Of a stretch of 64,000 nt of DNA, positions 18,098 to 27,437 are shown piece by piece. A model generated the notes under the pieces. It searched no databases. It was not told the origin of the DNA and saw only the letters and a program-made list of their open reading frames with translations. Position 1 is the first letter of the stretch, and each line of letters starts with the position of its first letter. The position numbers and the translations under genes are program-made. This DNA comes from Clostridia bacterium (GTDB taxonomy: Bacteria; Bacillota; Clostridia; Oscillospirales; CAG-272), in NCBI GenBank assembly GCA_017408585.1, contig JAFQUJ010000016.1:45094-109093 (forward strand), read 5' to 3'.

Positions 18098-18418
18098 ATG
18101 AAGGTTATTACAGGTCGCAGACCGATTTTTGCCACTAGCTCGATAGTTGCTTCGGGGCTAGCGATTTTGGGCATTATTATTGGCTTTCTTTTGATGACTG
18201 TTTTCTCTGTCGATGGCAATTGGGGCTACATTATTTTAGGAGTTTTGGTTATAGCCGGTGGCATCATAGCCGGGGCTGTTGGAATTGTTCTCTCTATTAT
18301 TGCGCTTATGCGCAAGGAGTCAAAGCGTGTTGCAATAACAGCTATGATTTTATGTATTCCGTTTGTTATTCTTGGAATAGCGTTGCTTATATCTAATTTG
18401 ATGCGAGGCGGGCTATGA
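18098..18418 (+). CDS. small hypothetical membrane protein (3 TM)
   Basis: 106 aa, Gly/Ile-rich TM helices, RBS GAGGTG. Confidence 0.5.
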   Translation: MKVITGRRPIFATSSIVASGLAILGIIIGFLLMTVFSVDGNWGYIILGVLVIAGGIIAGAVGIVLSIIALMRKESKRVAITAMILCIPFVILGIALLISNLMRGGL

Positions 18419-18807
18419 AAATTTTAAGAATTTTGAAGCTGGCACTTTTGTCGCCTTGCATTATTTTACAGATAATTCCCTACGGAATTGTCATAAGCGT
18501 TGCCAATGTCGCAAGCTACCATTCTTATTTTGATCTCTCAGCTTGGGAGAGTGGAGTGATTGGCCCATTTTATTGCGCAATTTTATCAATCGCCGTTTTT
18601 GGCATGAGCATAGGCTCGTTCTTCTTCAAGCACGCAAGCAAGGGGTACATTTTTGCTATTGAGATTTTGTGCTGGCTATGCGCAATATTCTCTCTTTTTC
18701 CAATATTTGTTGACTCCTATACCTTTATCGGTGCGTTGATTTCCGCCCTTTTGGTTTCTGTTGCAGAGATAAGCCATTTAGAGTACAAGTCATTATCGAA
18801 AAAATAG
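18415..18807 (+). CDS. small hypothetical membrane protein (4 TM)
   Basis: 130 aa. ATGA overlap with the upstream gene. Confidence 0.5.
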   Translation: MKILRILKLALLSPCIILQIIPYGIVISVANVASYHSYFDLSAWESGVIGPFYCAILSIAVFGMSIGSFFFKHASKGYIFAIEILCWLCAIFSLFPIFVDSYTFIGALISALLVSVAEISHLEYKSLSKK

Positions 18808-18811
18808 TCTT

Positions 18812-18838
18812 AAAAGCTCCCTTCCGGGAGCTTTTTTT
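18812..18838 (+). terminator. rho-independent terminator
   Basis: AAAAGCTCCC-ttcc-GGGAGCTTTTTTT. Confidence 0.65.
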
Positions 18839-18908
18839 GTTAAAGGTATTGCTTTATTTTAACAATTATGTTAAACTATTTTTATATAAAAATATTAGGA
18901 GATCTTTT

Positions 18909-21900
18909 ATGCAAAACAAGTTTAGAAAGGTAAGTAAATATATTTTAGCGCTCGACGAGAGCGCAAGGTATTTAAACCAATGCTCAATTGATAATGTTGA
19001 AATTTACAGCTGTGATTACAAATCGGGTCAACAGCTTCCCTCTCTTGAGCTGTTTAAGCCATTTGGAAAGGATGAATTTTGGGGCGAGGGCTGGGACACT
19101 CACGCTTGGTTCCATTTTAAGATAAATGTGCCGGAGCACATGAAGGCTGATGACCTTGCTCTTCAGCTACTTATTAAGACTGATTATTGCGATGGCTGGG
19201 ACCCAAACAATCCTCAATTTTTAATCTACATTGATGGTGTTCTCCGTCAAGGAATGGATATCAACCATCAATATATTGAGCTTGACAAGGACGCTCCAAA
19301 CGATATTTATCTTTACGCCTACACAGGTGCAAGGGTTGAAAGGTCCAGACTATTTCTTACTCTAAGAAATGTTAGACGCGAGGTTGAAGCGCTTTGGTAT
19401 GACCTTCGTGTGCCCTTCGAGGTGCTTGAGCTTCTCGACGACAAAACACATGAATACGCATCAATTCTCCATTATCTTTACGAGGCTGTATCTATGCTTG
19501 ATATGTATGATATCGGCTCGGCTGAGTTTATGGAATCGGTCAAGCGTGCGCGTCAATATATGGCCAACGAGTTTTACGGTAGCTACTGCAAGACTCAGCC
19601 TGAAACTGTAATTTGTATCGGTCACACGCACATTGACTGCGCATGGGTTTGGACTCTTAAGCAGACTCGTGAAAAGGTTCAAAGATCCTTCTGCACTGTG
19701 CTTGACCTTATGAAAAAGTATCCCGAATACAAGTTTATGTCCTCACAGGCGCATCTTTACAGAGATTTGAAGGAGGAAGCGCCCGAGAAGTTCGAGGAGA
19801 TTAAGAAAAGAATCGCCGAGGGCCGTTGGGAGTGCGAGGGCGCTATGTGGGTTGAGGCTGACTGTAACCTCTCCTCCGGTGAGAGCCTTGTAAGGCAGGT
19901 GCTTTATGGTAAGCGCTTCTTTAAGAATGAGTTTGGCGTTGAGAGTCGCGTGCTTTGGTTACCCGATGTATTTGGCTACTCTGCTGCGCTCCCTCAAATT
20001 CTTAAAAAGAGTGGCGTTGATTGGTTTGTTACCTCTAAAATCAGCTGGAACGACACTAATACTATGCCCTATGACACATTTGCTTGGCATGGCATTGACG
20101 GCACAGCGATAAATACACATTTCTTGACTGCCCAAAACTACAAGGGTGGTTGGCAAAGAGGCTGTGACTATAATGGTTGCACCTATCCCAACATGATAAA
20201 GGGCGCAAGATACAGATATCAGCAAAAGCTTCTTACAAGCGAGGCAATTGACACCTTTGGCTTTGGTGATGGTGGTGGCGGACCTACTATTGAGTATCTT
20301 GAATATTACAGGCGTCAGGAAAAGGGTATTCCCGGTATTCCTAACGCAAAAATGGAGTTTGCAGGCGACTTCTTAAGGCGTCTTGAGGGTGCAATTGAGG
20401 GAAATAAAAATCTTCCTAAGTGGAAGGGTGAGCTTTATCTTGAATTCCACCGTGGCACATACACCTCTGTTGCAAAGAACAAGAGAAACAATCGTAAGAG
20501 CGAGTTTATGTATCTCGATGCTGAGATGCTTGGAACGCTTGGAAAGGAGCTTCTTGGCAAGGAATTTGGCAAGAGCGAGCTTCATCGTGGTTGGGAAATG
20601 ATTTTGTCAAATCAATTCCACGATATTATTCCCGGCTCGTCAATTGACGAGGTTTACGACCAAAGCGACAAGGATTACGCATGGCTTCAAGCTATTGCCG
20701 ATGAGCAAATCAACTCTGTACGAGAGGAAATTGCATCTAAGGTTGACGCTCGCGAGGGCTATGTTGTATTCAATCCTCACTCATTCGAGGGCGATGGTGT
20801 GGTTAAAATTGATGGCAAGAGCGCTCTTGTTTCGGGCATTGCTCCTAAGGGCTATTCGTGCGTTAAGAGCTACAAGGCTACAAATTCCATTATCGTTACA
20901 TTTGGTTGCGTTGAAACCAATGTATTGAAGGTTAAATTTGACCAAAGCTGGAATATTATCTCAATTTACGACAAGCTAAACGAGCGCGAGCTACTCAAGG
21001 CAGGCGGGCTTGGAAATGCGCTACGAGCTTATGAGGACTACCCTGACAGCTATGATTGTTGGGAGTGGCAGGCGTACGAAACAGACAAATACAAGGTTAT
21101 AAGCGAGGTTAGCTCCGTTGACATTATTGACGATGGTGCAAGGCTTGGAATTAAGATTGTGCGTCCGTTTATGAAATCTACCATCACTCAAACGATTTGG
21201 TTCTATGATGACCTTCTACAAATCGATTTTGATAACGATATTGATTGGCATCAAAATAGCATTATGCTAAAAACTGCGTTTGATGTTGATATTCACACAG
21301 ACAAGGCAACCTATGACATTCAGTTTGGAAGCATTGAGCGTCCTACTCACATGAACACAAGCTGGGATGCAGCGAAATTCGAGGTTTGCGCACACAAGTG
21401 GGCAGATATCTCCGAGGGTGGCTATGGTGTCAGCCTTATTAACGATTGCAAATATGGTCACGACATTCACGATAGCGTAATTATTCTATCTCTTATCAAG
21501 TGTGGTATTCACCCATCTAAGAGAAGCGACCATGGCAGACACATCTTTACATATTCTCTTTGTCCTCACGCAAATGCGTTTGCCGGCTGTGACACAATTA
21601 AGAAATCGTATTACATTAACTATCCTATGGTTGCGCTTAAAGCAACCGGTAATGGAAGCGTGCCTAGCTCCTACTCTCTTATCAAGCTTAGCGCTGATAA
21701 TGTAATTTGTGAAACCATAAAAGAGGCAGAGGATACCCTAGATACCGTAATTCGTCTTTACGAGTGTCGCAACATTCGCTCAAGGGTTCAAGTAGAGATT
21801 GGCTTCGAGGCATCAAAATGCTATGCCTGTGACCTTCTTGAAAACGAGCTTTACGAGCTTGAGGTTGTAGATGGCAAGGTTAGCCTTGACATTAAGGGCT

Positions 21901-21932
21901 TTGAAATCGTTACTCTTAAATTTAAAAAATAA
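18909..21932 (+). CDS. GH38 alpha-mannosidase
   Basis: About 1007 aa. IGHTHIDCAWVWT, WLPDVFGYS, EFHRGTYTS and QFHDIIPGSSI are typical GH38 blocks. ATG at 18909 follows AGGAGA. Confidence 0.85.
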   Translation: MQNKFRKVSKYILALDESARYLNQCSIDNVEIYSCDYKSGQQLPSLELFKPFGKDEFWGEGWDTHAWFHFKINVPEHMKADDLALQLLIKTDYCDGWDPNNPQFLIYIDGVLRQGMDINHQYIELDKDAPNDIYLYAYTGARVERSRLFLTLRNVRREVEALWYDLRVPFEVLELLDDKTHEYASILHYLYEAVSMLDMYDIGSAEFMESVKRARQYMANEFYGSYCKTQPETVICIGHTHIDCAWVWTLKQTREKVQRSFCTVLDLMKKYPEYKFMSSQAHLYRDLKEEAPEKFEEIKKRIAEGRWECEGAMWVEADCNLSSGESLVRQVLYGKRFFKNEFGVESRVLWLPDVFGYSAALPQILKKSGVDWFVTSKISWNDTNTMPYDTFAWHGIDGTAINTHFLTAQNYKGGWQRGCDYNGCTYPNMIKGARYRYQQKLLTSEAIDTFGFGDGGGGPTIEYLEYYRRQEKGIPGIPNAKMEFAGDFLRRLEGAIEGNKNLPKWKGELYLEFHRGTYTSVAKNKRNNRKSEFMYLDAEMLGTLGKELLGKEFGKSELHRGWEMILSNQFHDIIPGSSIDEVYDQSDKDYAWLQAIADEQINSVREEIASKVDAREGYVVFNPHSFEGDGVVKIDGKSALVSGIAPKGYSCVKSYKATNSIIVTFGCVETNVLKVKFDQSWNIISIYDKLNERELLKAGGLGNALRAYEDYPDSYDCWEWQAYETDKYKVISEVSSVDIIDDGARLGIKIVRPFMKSTITQTIWFYDDLLQIDFDNDIDWHQNSIMLKTAFDVDIHTDKATYDIQFGSIERPTHMNTSWDAAKFEVCAHKWADISEGGYGVSLINDCKYGHDIHDSVIILSLIKCGIHPSKRSDHGRHIFTYSLCPHANAFAGCDTIKKSYYINYPMVALKATGNGSVPSSYSLIKLSADNVICETIKEAEDTLDTVIRLYECRNIRSRVQVEIGFEASKCYACDLLENELYELEVVDGKVSLDIKGFEIVTLKFKK

Positions 21933-22052
21933 GCTATACGCGCAAATGGTTAAAATTTAGTTAAAGTTTTGTAAAAGCTATTGACAAGTCATTCTTATAG
22001 TGATACAATATCATACAGTTCAAATTTAAACTGTTCAAGGAGAAACTATAAC

Positions 22053-22484
22053 ATGATGACGCCATATGAGCATCTAAGAGTTGTTCAAGTAGCTTACAAC
22101 AAGGCAACTGAGACTGTTTGCAAAAAATACAAGCTTAAGCACACAGAGTTTGACATTCTTATATATTTAAGCCAATTTCCTGACAAGGCTACTGCTACCG
22201 ATATTGTAAAAAAGATGGATTTATCGAAATCTCTTGTTTCAATTTCGCTCAGACGCCTAGAGGAGCTTGGATATGTAGAGGGAGAATTTCTTGGCACTAA
22301 CCATCGTACAATTTATTTGCACTTAACCGATCGTGCAAGTGAGGTTATTGACGATGGAAATAACGCAAGAGCGAAATTTATCACCTCTATGCTTGATGGG
22401 CTTGACGAGGACGAGGTTAAAATTCTTGTTGAGCTTCTTACAAAAATCAAGAAAAATATGATGTCATACATAAAAACTATATAA
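22053..22484 (+). CDS. MarR-family transcriptional regulator
   Basis: 143 aa with a winged-helix region (TEFDILIYL...ATDIVKKMDLSKSLVSISLRRLEELGYV). ATG at 22053 follows AAGGAGA. Confidence 0.75.
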   Translation: MMTPYEHLRVVQVAYNKATETVCKKYKLKHTEFDILIYLSQFPDKATATDIVKKMDLSKSLVSISLRRLEELGYVEGEFLGTNHRTIYLHLTDRASEVIDDGNNARAKFITSMLDGLDEDEVKILVELLTKIKKNMMSYIKTI

Positions 22485-22499
22485 CTGCTCGAGGTAACT

Positions 22500-23321
22500 A
22501 TGGATACTAATACTCAAACACATGATCAGCCAAAAAAGGCTCACTTGCCGAGAAATAAAAAGCTTTTTTGGATGTTCTACATTCTTTCAATTATCACTCT
22601 TGTCCTAGGTATAGCTCTGCTTCCACTTTGGGCCGGCACGGGCGTAATTTGGGAGAGCCTTGGAAACGATTTCTTTAGCATGATTTTGTTCTGCATCATT
22701 CTCGTTTATATTTTAGGATTTTTGATAAAGCAAATCATAAAGGAAAAAAAGGTTGCAGTTAAAATTCTTACAGTATTCGAGGCAGGCTTCTTCTTCGCTA
22801 TTGCGATTGGCTGTATTATGGAGCAATTCGACCTTGTAAGCGTTGTTGGTCCATGCACTATTGCAGGTGCGGCGCTTTGGTCAAGAGGCTTTGTTTACAT
22901 TGTTAAGGCTTATCTTTGCAAGCATGATGAGAGCGACAAATATCCCCTTTGGATGCTTGTTGTTTCGGTTGGACTTGTAACGCTCGGCTCTATTATGATG
23001 ACTCAGGAGATATTCTCTGTTGGTCATATTGTTTGGGCTGTGTCTGTTATTTTGATTTTCATTGCAATTATGTTCTTCTTCCTTGGAATTATAAGCAAGC
23101 CAAAGATTGACAAGGCTATGAAGCAATATAAGCGCGAGCAAAGAAGGCTTAAAAAGCAAGAAAAGATAACAGCAAGACAGGAAAAAAGAACCTTGAAGGC
23201 GGAGGCCAGGGTTAAGCGCATTGAGGAAGAAGAAAATTCTACTCCTGCTCTTCCCGTTCCCACGACAACAGAGTCAGCACCCGAGGCTAGCTCTGATACT
23301 AGCGCTGATAGTAACAATTAA
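22500..23321 (+). CDS. hypothetical membrane protein with Lys/Arg/Glu-rich C-terminal tail
   Basis: 273 aa, about 6 TM segments, charged low-complexity tail. Probably co-transcribed with the MarR gene. Confidence 0.5.
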   Translation: MDTNTQTHDQPKKAHLPRNKKLFWMFYILSIITLVLGIALLPLWAGTGVIWESLGNDFFSMILFCIILVYILGFLIKQIIKEKKVAVKILTVFEAGFFFAIAIGCIMEQFDLVSVVGPCTIAGAALWSRGFVYIVKAYLCKHDESDKYPLWMLVVSVGLVTLGSIMMTQEIFSVGHIVWAVSVILIFIAIMFFFLGIISKPKIDKAMKQYKREQRRLKKQEKITARQEKRTLKAEARVKRIEEEENSTPALPVPTTTESAPEASSDTSADSNN

Positions 23322-23325
23322 AGCA

Positions 23326-23353
23326 CAAAATCCCGACACATGTCGGGATTTTT
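23326..23353. terminator. bidirectional terminator
   Basis: AAAATCCCGACA-cat-GTCGGGATTTTTT, between convergent genes. Confidence 0.65.
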
Positions 23354-23368
23354 TGTTTTAATTGGGCT

Positions 23369-24325
23369 TTATTTTTTGTAGCAAAGGCACGCGCCATAAC
23401 AGGCGAAGGTGTTAAATTTATAGCAGTCCTTGCATGTGGGGCTGACGGGGGTATGGACTCGCACAGAGTCGAGCCACATAAAGAAATAGTTCTTCAAGTC
23501 CGCTATGCTTTCAAAGTCTGTTATGCTTACCTTTAAATCGTCGTAGCAACCAAAGCAACGAGTTGCGCTAAGGTCGGAATAGATGTCAATAATCGGTGAG
23601 CAAACCGAGGCTCTGCCCATAAGTAGCGCCTTCTCTGTTGGCGATAGGGCTGGGAGAGTGTCGATAAATGATAGCTCTGCCTCGGTGTAAACGCACTCGG
23701 GAATAATATTACAATCGGGACATGGGGCAATTCCGTTTTCCTTTAAAATTTTGTAAAAATTCAGAAGGGTGGGCTTCATTCTATTGAAGTAGGCTATTGC
23801 GCCCTCGCTTTTATCTTGGGGGATTGAAACGCTAAATCGAGCCCTTTTAAAGTTATATTTTTTTGCAATTTCGACAAACTCGTCAAAGCTTTGATTTTCC
23901 TTATAAATGTTTATACCGAGGGTGATTTGGTTTTTCATTTGCCTTTCGATTAAAAGAGCGATATTTTGGTCGATTTTTTCAAGCGTTGGCTTTCCTATAT
24001 CCTCGCTTGAATTTAGGTTGATAAGGATTGAGAGCTTACGGCTTGTAAGGCTATCTATGTGCTTATCAATCAGAGCGCCATTTGTGAAAAGATTTATACG
24101 GAAAAATCGTGGGTCTTGCGACAAAATGTCAAGGACTGTGTCGATATTTTTATAAATTAGTGGCTCTCCACCAATTAATCCCACCTCGCCATCCGGGGCG
24201 ATAAAATCAAGGACTCGGTTTAGGTCGTCCATGCTAAAATCAGCGCTTTGCGATTCGGTGAAATCGTGGGCGAAGCAATATGGGCATCTAAGATTACATT
24301 TACCTAAAAGAACTATATTTGCCAT
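23369..24325 (-). CDS. radical SAM protein with Cys-rich SPASM-like C-terminal domain
   Basis: N-terminal CNLRCPYCF (CxxxCxxC). C-terminal Cys clusters CPDCNIIPEC, CSPI...RCFGC and CKDCYKFNTFACYGACLC. Confidence 0.7.
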   Translation of the reverse strand: MANIVLLGKCNLRCPYCFAHDFTESQSADFSMDDLNRVLDFIAPDGEVGLIGGEPLIYKNIDTVLDILSQDPRFFRINLFTNGALIDKHIDSLTSRKLSILINLNSSEDIGKPTLEKIDQNIALLIERQMKNQITLGINIYKENQSFDEFVEIAKKYNFKRARFSVSIPQDKSEGAIAYFNRMKPTLLNFYKILKENGIAPCPDCNIIPECVYTEAELSFIDTLPALSPTEKALLMGRASVCSPIIDIYSDLSATRCFGCYDDLKVSITDFESIADLKNYFFMWLDSVRVHTPVSPTCKDCYKFNTFACYGACLCYKK

Positions 24326-24443
24326 TTGTTTTCTCCTTTAAATGATAAGTATATTTTAGCATATATAAAAATCGGTTTCAAGTGACTATTGATTTTTCAA
24401 GGAAAATATGTTAAAATATTTATATACTTTATGGAGGTGCGCT

Positions 24444-25322
24444 ATGAAATACGCAATTGAAAATGAATTTTTAAGGGCTGAAATCTCCGAGCTTGGTGCG
24501 GAGCTTGTTTCGCTTAAGCTAAAGGAAGACGGATGTGAATATATTTGGCAGGGTGATGAAAGGTATTGGACCGGTCATTCGCCTATTATGTTTCCTATTT
24601 GTGGAAGATTAATTGATGGTAAATATACATACAGGGGCAACACCTATGAGCTTGGCTGTCATGGCTTTGCAAGGCATAGCGCTTTTGCGCTCACGGGGGC
24701 AAAGGCTGATGAGATTACATTGAGCCTTAAATCAAGCGAGGAAACTAAAAGGGTGTATCCTTTTGACTTTGTGCTTAGCATTACCTTTTCTCTTGTTGGC
24801 AAGGCTCTAAATGTAAAATACAAGGTTGTAAATACAGATAACAAGGAGCTAATTTTCACAATTGGCGCGCACCCCGCATTCAATGTTCCACTTTCTAGCG
24901 GTGAGAGCTTTGAGGACTATTATGTAGAGTTTGACAGGAGCTGTGATGCAACTGTGCTTTCAATGTCGGAGCGTTGCTTCTGTGATGGAAATGACAAATT
25001 ATACTCACAGGGTGGCACTAAACGCATTCCACTTGACCATTCTCTGTTTAACATTGATGCGATTTTCCTTTATAATACCGCAAAGAAGGCTACTCTTGCC
25101 TCCAACAAATCAAAGAAAAGTGTAACACTTACATTTGACCAATTTAAATATCTTGGTCTATGGCACAAGCCAAAGAGCGATGCGCCATACATTTGCATTG
25201 AGCCTTGGTGTGGTTGTCCTGACTTCGAGGGAGAGATTGGAGATCTTACTAGCAAGCCAGAGATGATTCGTCTTCCTGTTGGATATTCTTATGCTAATAA
25301 GTATAAAATTGAAATAAAATAA
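24444..25322 (+). CDS. aldose 1-epimerase (galactose mutarotase-like) family protein
   Basis: 292 aa. LacX/YihR-like blocks (FPICGRL, GFARH, GAHPAFN, EPWCG). ATG at 24444 follows GGAGGTG. Confidence 0.7.
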   Translation: MKYAIENEFLRAEISELGAELVSLKLKEDGCEYIWQGDERYWTGHSPIMFPICGRLIDGKYTYRGNTYELGCHGFARHSAFALTGAKADEITLSLKSSEETKRVYPFDFVLSITFSLVGKALNVKYKVVNTDNKELIFTIGAHPAFNVPLSSGESFEDYYVEFDRSCDATVLSMSERCFCDGNDKLYSQGGTKRIPLDHSLFNIDAIFLYNTAKKATLASNKSKKSVTLTFDQFKYLGLWHKPKSDAPYICIEPWCGCPDFEGEIGDLTSKPEMIRLPVGYSYANKYKIEIK

Positions 25323-25410
25323 TTATACAACATCTACACCCATCCACCATCTATGGTGGTCCTTCCCCTCCGTTCAAAGAGGAGACTTTAATGTGTGTCA
25401 AAGACAAAAG

Positions 25411-25441
25411 AAAAACACCTTGAAAAATCAAGGTGTTTTTT
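25411..25441. terminator. bidirectional terminator (copy 1 of a thrice-repeated terminator sequence)
   Basis: AAAAACACCTTGA-aaaa-TCAAGGTGTTTTT. Near-identical copies at 27501-27529 and 29585-29616. Confidence 0.7.
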
Positions 25442-25451
25442 GTGTTTTTAA

Positions 25452-27344
25452 TTATTCCTCGTCATTTGTAGGAACGAGTGCATCAAGAGTTGTTGGAGCA
25501 AGAACCTTTTCAGCCTGCTCATAGGTTACTGTATAGAGGCTTGCGTCCTCGTAGTCAAGAGTTGATACCTTGCATGAGGTTGTTGTGTCCTGAATGAACT
25601 GAACCTCTTCGCCTTCAACATAAGCATACGCTGTGATTACAAGCTCCAGCTGTGTAAGCTCTGTTGTGGTAAAGCCACTAATTGAGAACTTGAAGTTATT
25701 ATACTCTACGCTCTCTTGCTCTATCATGATAGCGCCCTTCTTGCCTTCTGCCAAATTAACGCTTCCGTCTGCTTTCAAGAAGCGATTGCTTGCTAGGTGG
25801 GTTGGGTTTAGCATCAAGATACCGAAGGTGATATCCTTTTCGTTATGGAGATTATATAGGTCAAAGTTGTCCTTATTTACTGTCCAACCGCCTGCAATTG
25901 AGCCTGAGCCATCAATTGAGTATCCACCTGTGGTGCTGAAGATTGGATCAAGGTCTATTTTTTCGTTTGCTTGGTTACAGTTTTCTACTTGACAGAAGAT
26001 TTCGTGCAAGCCTGCGCTTGTAAAGCCCTCTGTGTAGGTTATTATATGCTTTACATTATGATCGTCTGCTACCTTTGCGATAAAGCCCTTACACTGAACG
26101 CCCTCTGCCTCGTTGTAGTTCTTGCAGTAGTTATCCTTTGTGCAATCGTAGTTTTCAAACTCGTGCTCGAGCATTGAGTTTGGTGTTTCAATGGCGCTTA
26201 GCTCCTTACCGCAGAAGCAGTTTGTTGTTACCTTTTCAAGTGAGTAACAGGTTGCTGGGACAAGATCTGCGAGTCTTGGATCTTCGAGGTGCTTTGCAAG
26301 ATCAGCTTCAGACGCACAGAATACGGCTGTTCTTGTGTTTGAATAGCTTTCAAAATCCGAGCTTGACTTATCGTTTGCGTTTGCAAAAATAATTTTTTGT
26401 GTGCTTCCCCAATATCCTGTGGAAATTGTAGTCATGTCGCCCAAAAATACGATTGTATTTTTAGGTCCGTTCTGGAAGAAATACTGATTTGGCATAGCTG
26501 TGAGTTTATCGCCAAATACTAATACATCGTTTAGATTCTTACATTCTCTACATACGCTATTGTTTGAAATGCTCGTAAGGTTTGCAGGGAAATAGTAAAT
26601 TTCCGGTTTTTCCGGAACATTCTCATATGTAAAGGTTTCGTTTACAAAATACATATTAACGCAATCATCAAAGCTTGCATTTCTTGATCCGCCGCCACCA
26701 CTTGACCATGTTTCAAGCGACTCCGAAAGGTGTACCGCACCTAAGTTCGTACATCCTGAAAAGTGAGCAACATCGTATAGCGAGGTAAAGCAGTCGGGCA
26801 TTGAGAATGCTTTAAGATTTTTACAGCCATAGAACATATATGACGGGAAGACTCTCATCGTATTGTTTTCACTAAACTTAAGTGTACACTCCTCAAGTCC
26901 TGTTGCATTTTGGAAAATGGCATTTGAAAGACTTGATATAGTATCTGGGAAGGTTATCCACTTCAATGTTGTACCGTTGCTTCCTGCATACTTTGCAACA
27001 TGAGTGATTCCGGTAGGGATATCGAAGCCCTTTATGTCTGCATAAGTATAAAGATTGCCAGCCTCCTCGGTTTTGCCAAGCTTGCTGTTGATATAGTCAA
27101 AATCCATATAAGACTCAAAAGTAGTATTATAGTTTCCTGAGCCTACGGTCGAGGTATCCTTAAACACATAGCTTACAGGACACTTAAAGCCGTCATAGAA
27201 TTCAACAATTTCGCTATCAATACATTGATATTTGGTTCTTACAGGTGCGTCGGTGTAGGTTGTAACCTCTGCACTAACAGAGATTGCAAGCACAGCGCAA
27301 AGTGCAATTACCATTACAAGAGTTAAAAGCAATTTCTTTTTCAT
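25452..27344 (-). CDS. secreted BspA-type leucine-rich-repeat protein, paralog 1 (signal peptide + LRR + Cys-rich module + conserved C-terminal domain)
   Basis: 630 aa. Signal peptide MKKKLLLTLVMVIALCAVLAISVSAE. LRR_5-like repeats (FQNATGLEECTL, FYGCKNLKAF, FSGCTNLGAV). The C-terminal ~190 aa are nearly identical to paralog 2. Confidence 0.75.
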   Translation of the reverse strand: MKKKLLLTLVMVIALCAVLAISVSAEVTTYTDAPVRTKYQCIDSEIVEFYDGFKCPVSYVFKDTSTVGSGNYNTTFESYMDFDYINSKLGKTEEAGNLYTYADIKGFDIPTGITHVAKYAGSNGTTLKWITFPDTISSLSNAIFQNATGLEECTLKFSENNTMRVFPSYMFYGCKNLKAFSMPDCFTSLYDVAHFSGCTNLGAVHLSESLETWSSGGGGSRNASFDDCVNMYFVNETFTYENVPEKPEIYYFPANLTSISNNSVCRECKNLNDVLVFGDKLTAMPNQYFFQNGPKNTIVFLGDMTTISTGYWGSTQKIIFANANDKSSSDFESYSNTRTAVFCASEADLAKHLEDPRLADLVPATCYSLEKVTTNCFCGKELSAIETPNSMLEHEFENYDCTKDNYCKNYNEAEGVQCKGFIAKVADDHNVKHIITYTEGFTSAGLHEIFCQVENCNQANEKIDLDPIFSTTGGYSIDGSGSIAGGWTVNKDNFDLYNLHNEKDITFGILMLNPTHLASNRFLKADGSVNLAEGKKGAIMIEQESVEYNNFKFSISGFTTTELTQLELVITAYAYVEGEEVQFIQDTTTSCKVSTLDYEDASLYTVTYEQAEKVLAPTTLDALVPTNDEE

Positions 27345-27358
27345 ATTTTTCTCCTTGT

Positions 27359-27380
27359 GGGGTCGAGTGGCTCGACACCC
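27359..27380 (-). promoter_or_regulatory. 5'UTR stem-loop abutting the Shine-Dalgarno of LRR gene 1
   Basis: mRNA sense: GGGUGUCGAG-ccac-UCGACCCC, then acAAGGAGAaaaauAUG. Conserved at 29447-29468. An analogous hairpin sits at 63741-63757. Confidence 0.45.
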
Positions 27381-27405
27381 ATTATATAAATATTATTGTA
27401 GCTAT

Positions 27406-27435
27406 ATTATATATCATCAAGCATTAATATGTCAA
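27406..27435 (-). promoter_or_regulatory. sigma70-like promoter of LRR gene 1
   Basis: Minus strand: TTGACA (27435-27430), 18 nt spacer, TATAAT (27411-27406). Confidence 0.6.
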
Positions 27436-27437
27436 GT

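Noticed and set aside
25323-25410. Short palindromes CCACCA-tcta-TGGTGG and CCTC...GAGG after the epimerase gene, as a possible regulatory RNA
   Set aside because: They are short (4-6 bp), isolated and not followed by a T-run. The true bidirectional terminator follows at 25411-25441. There is no further support.
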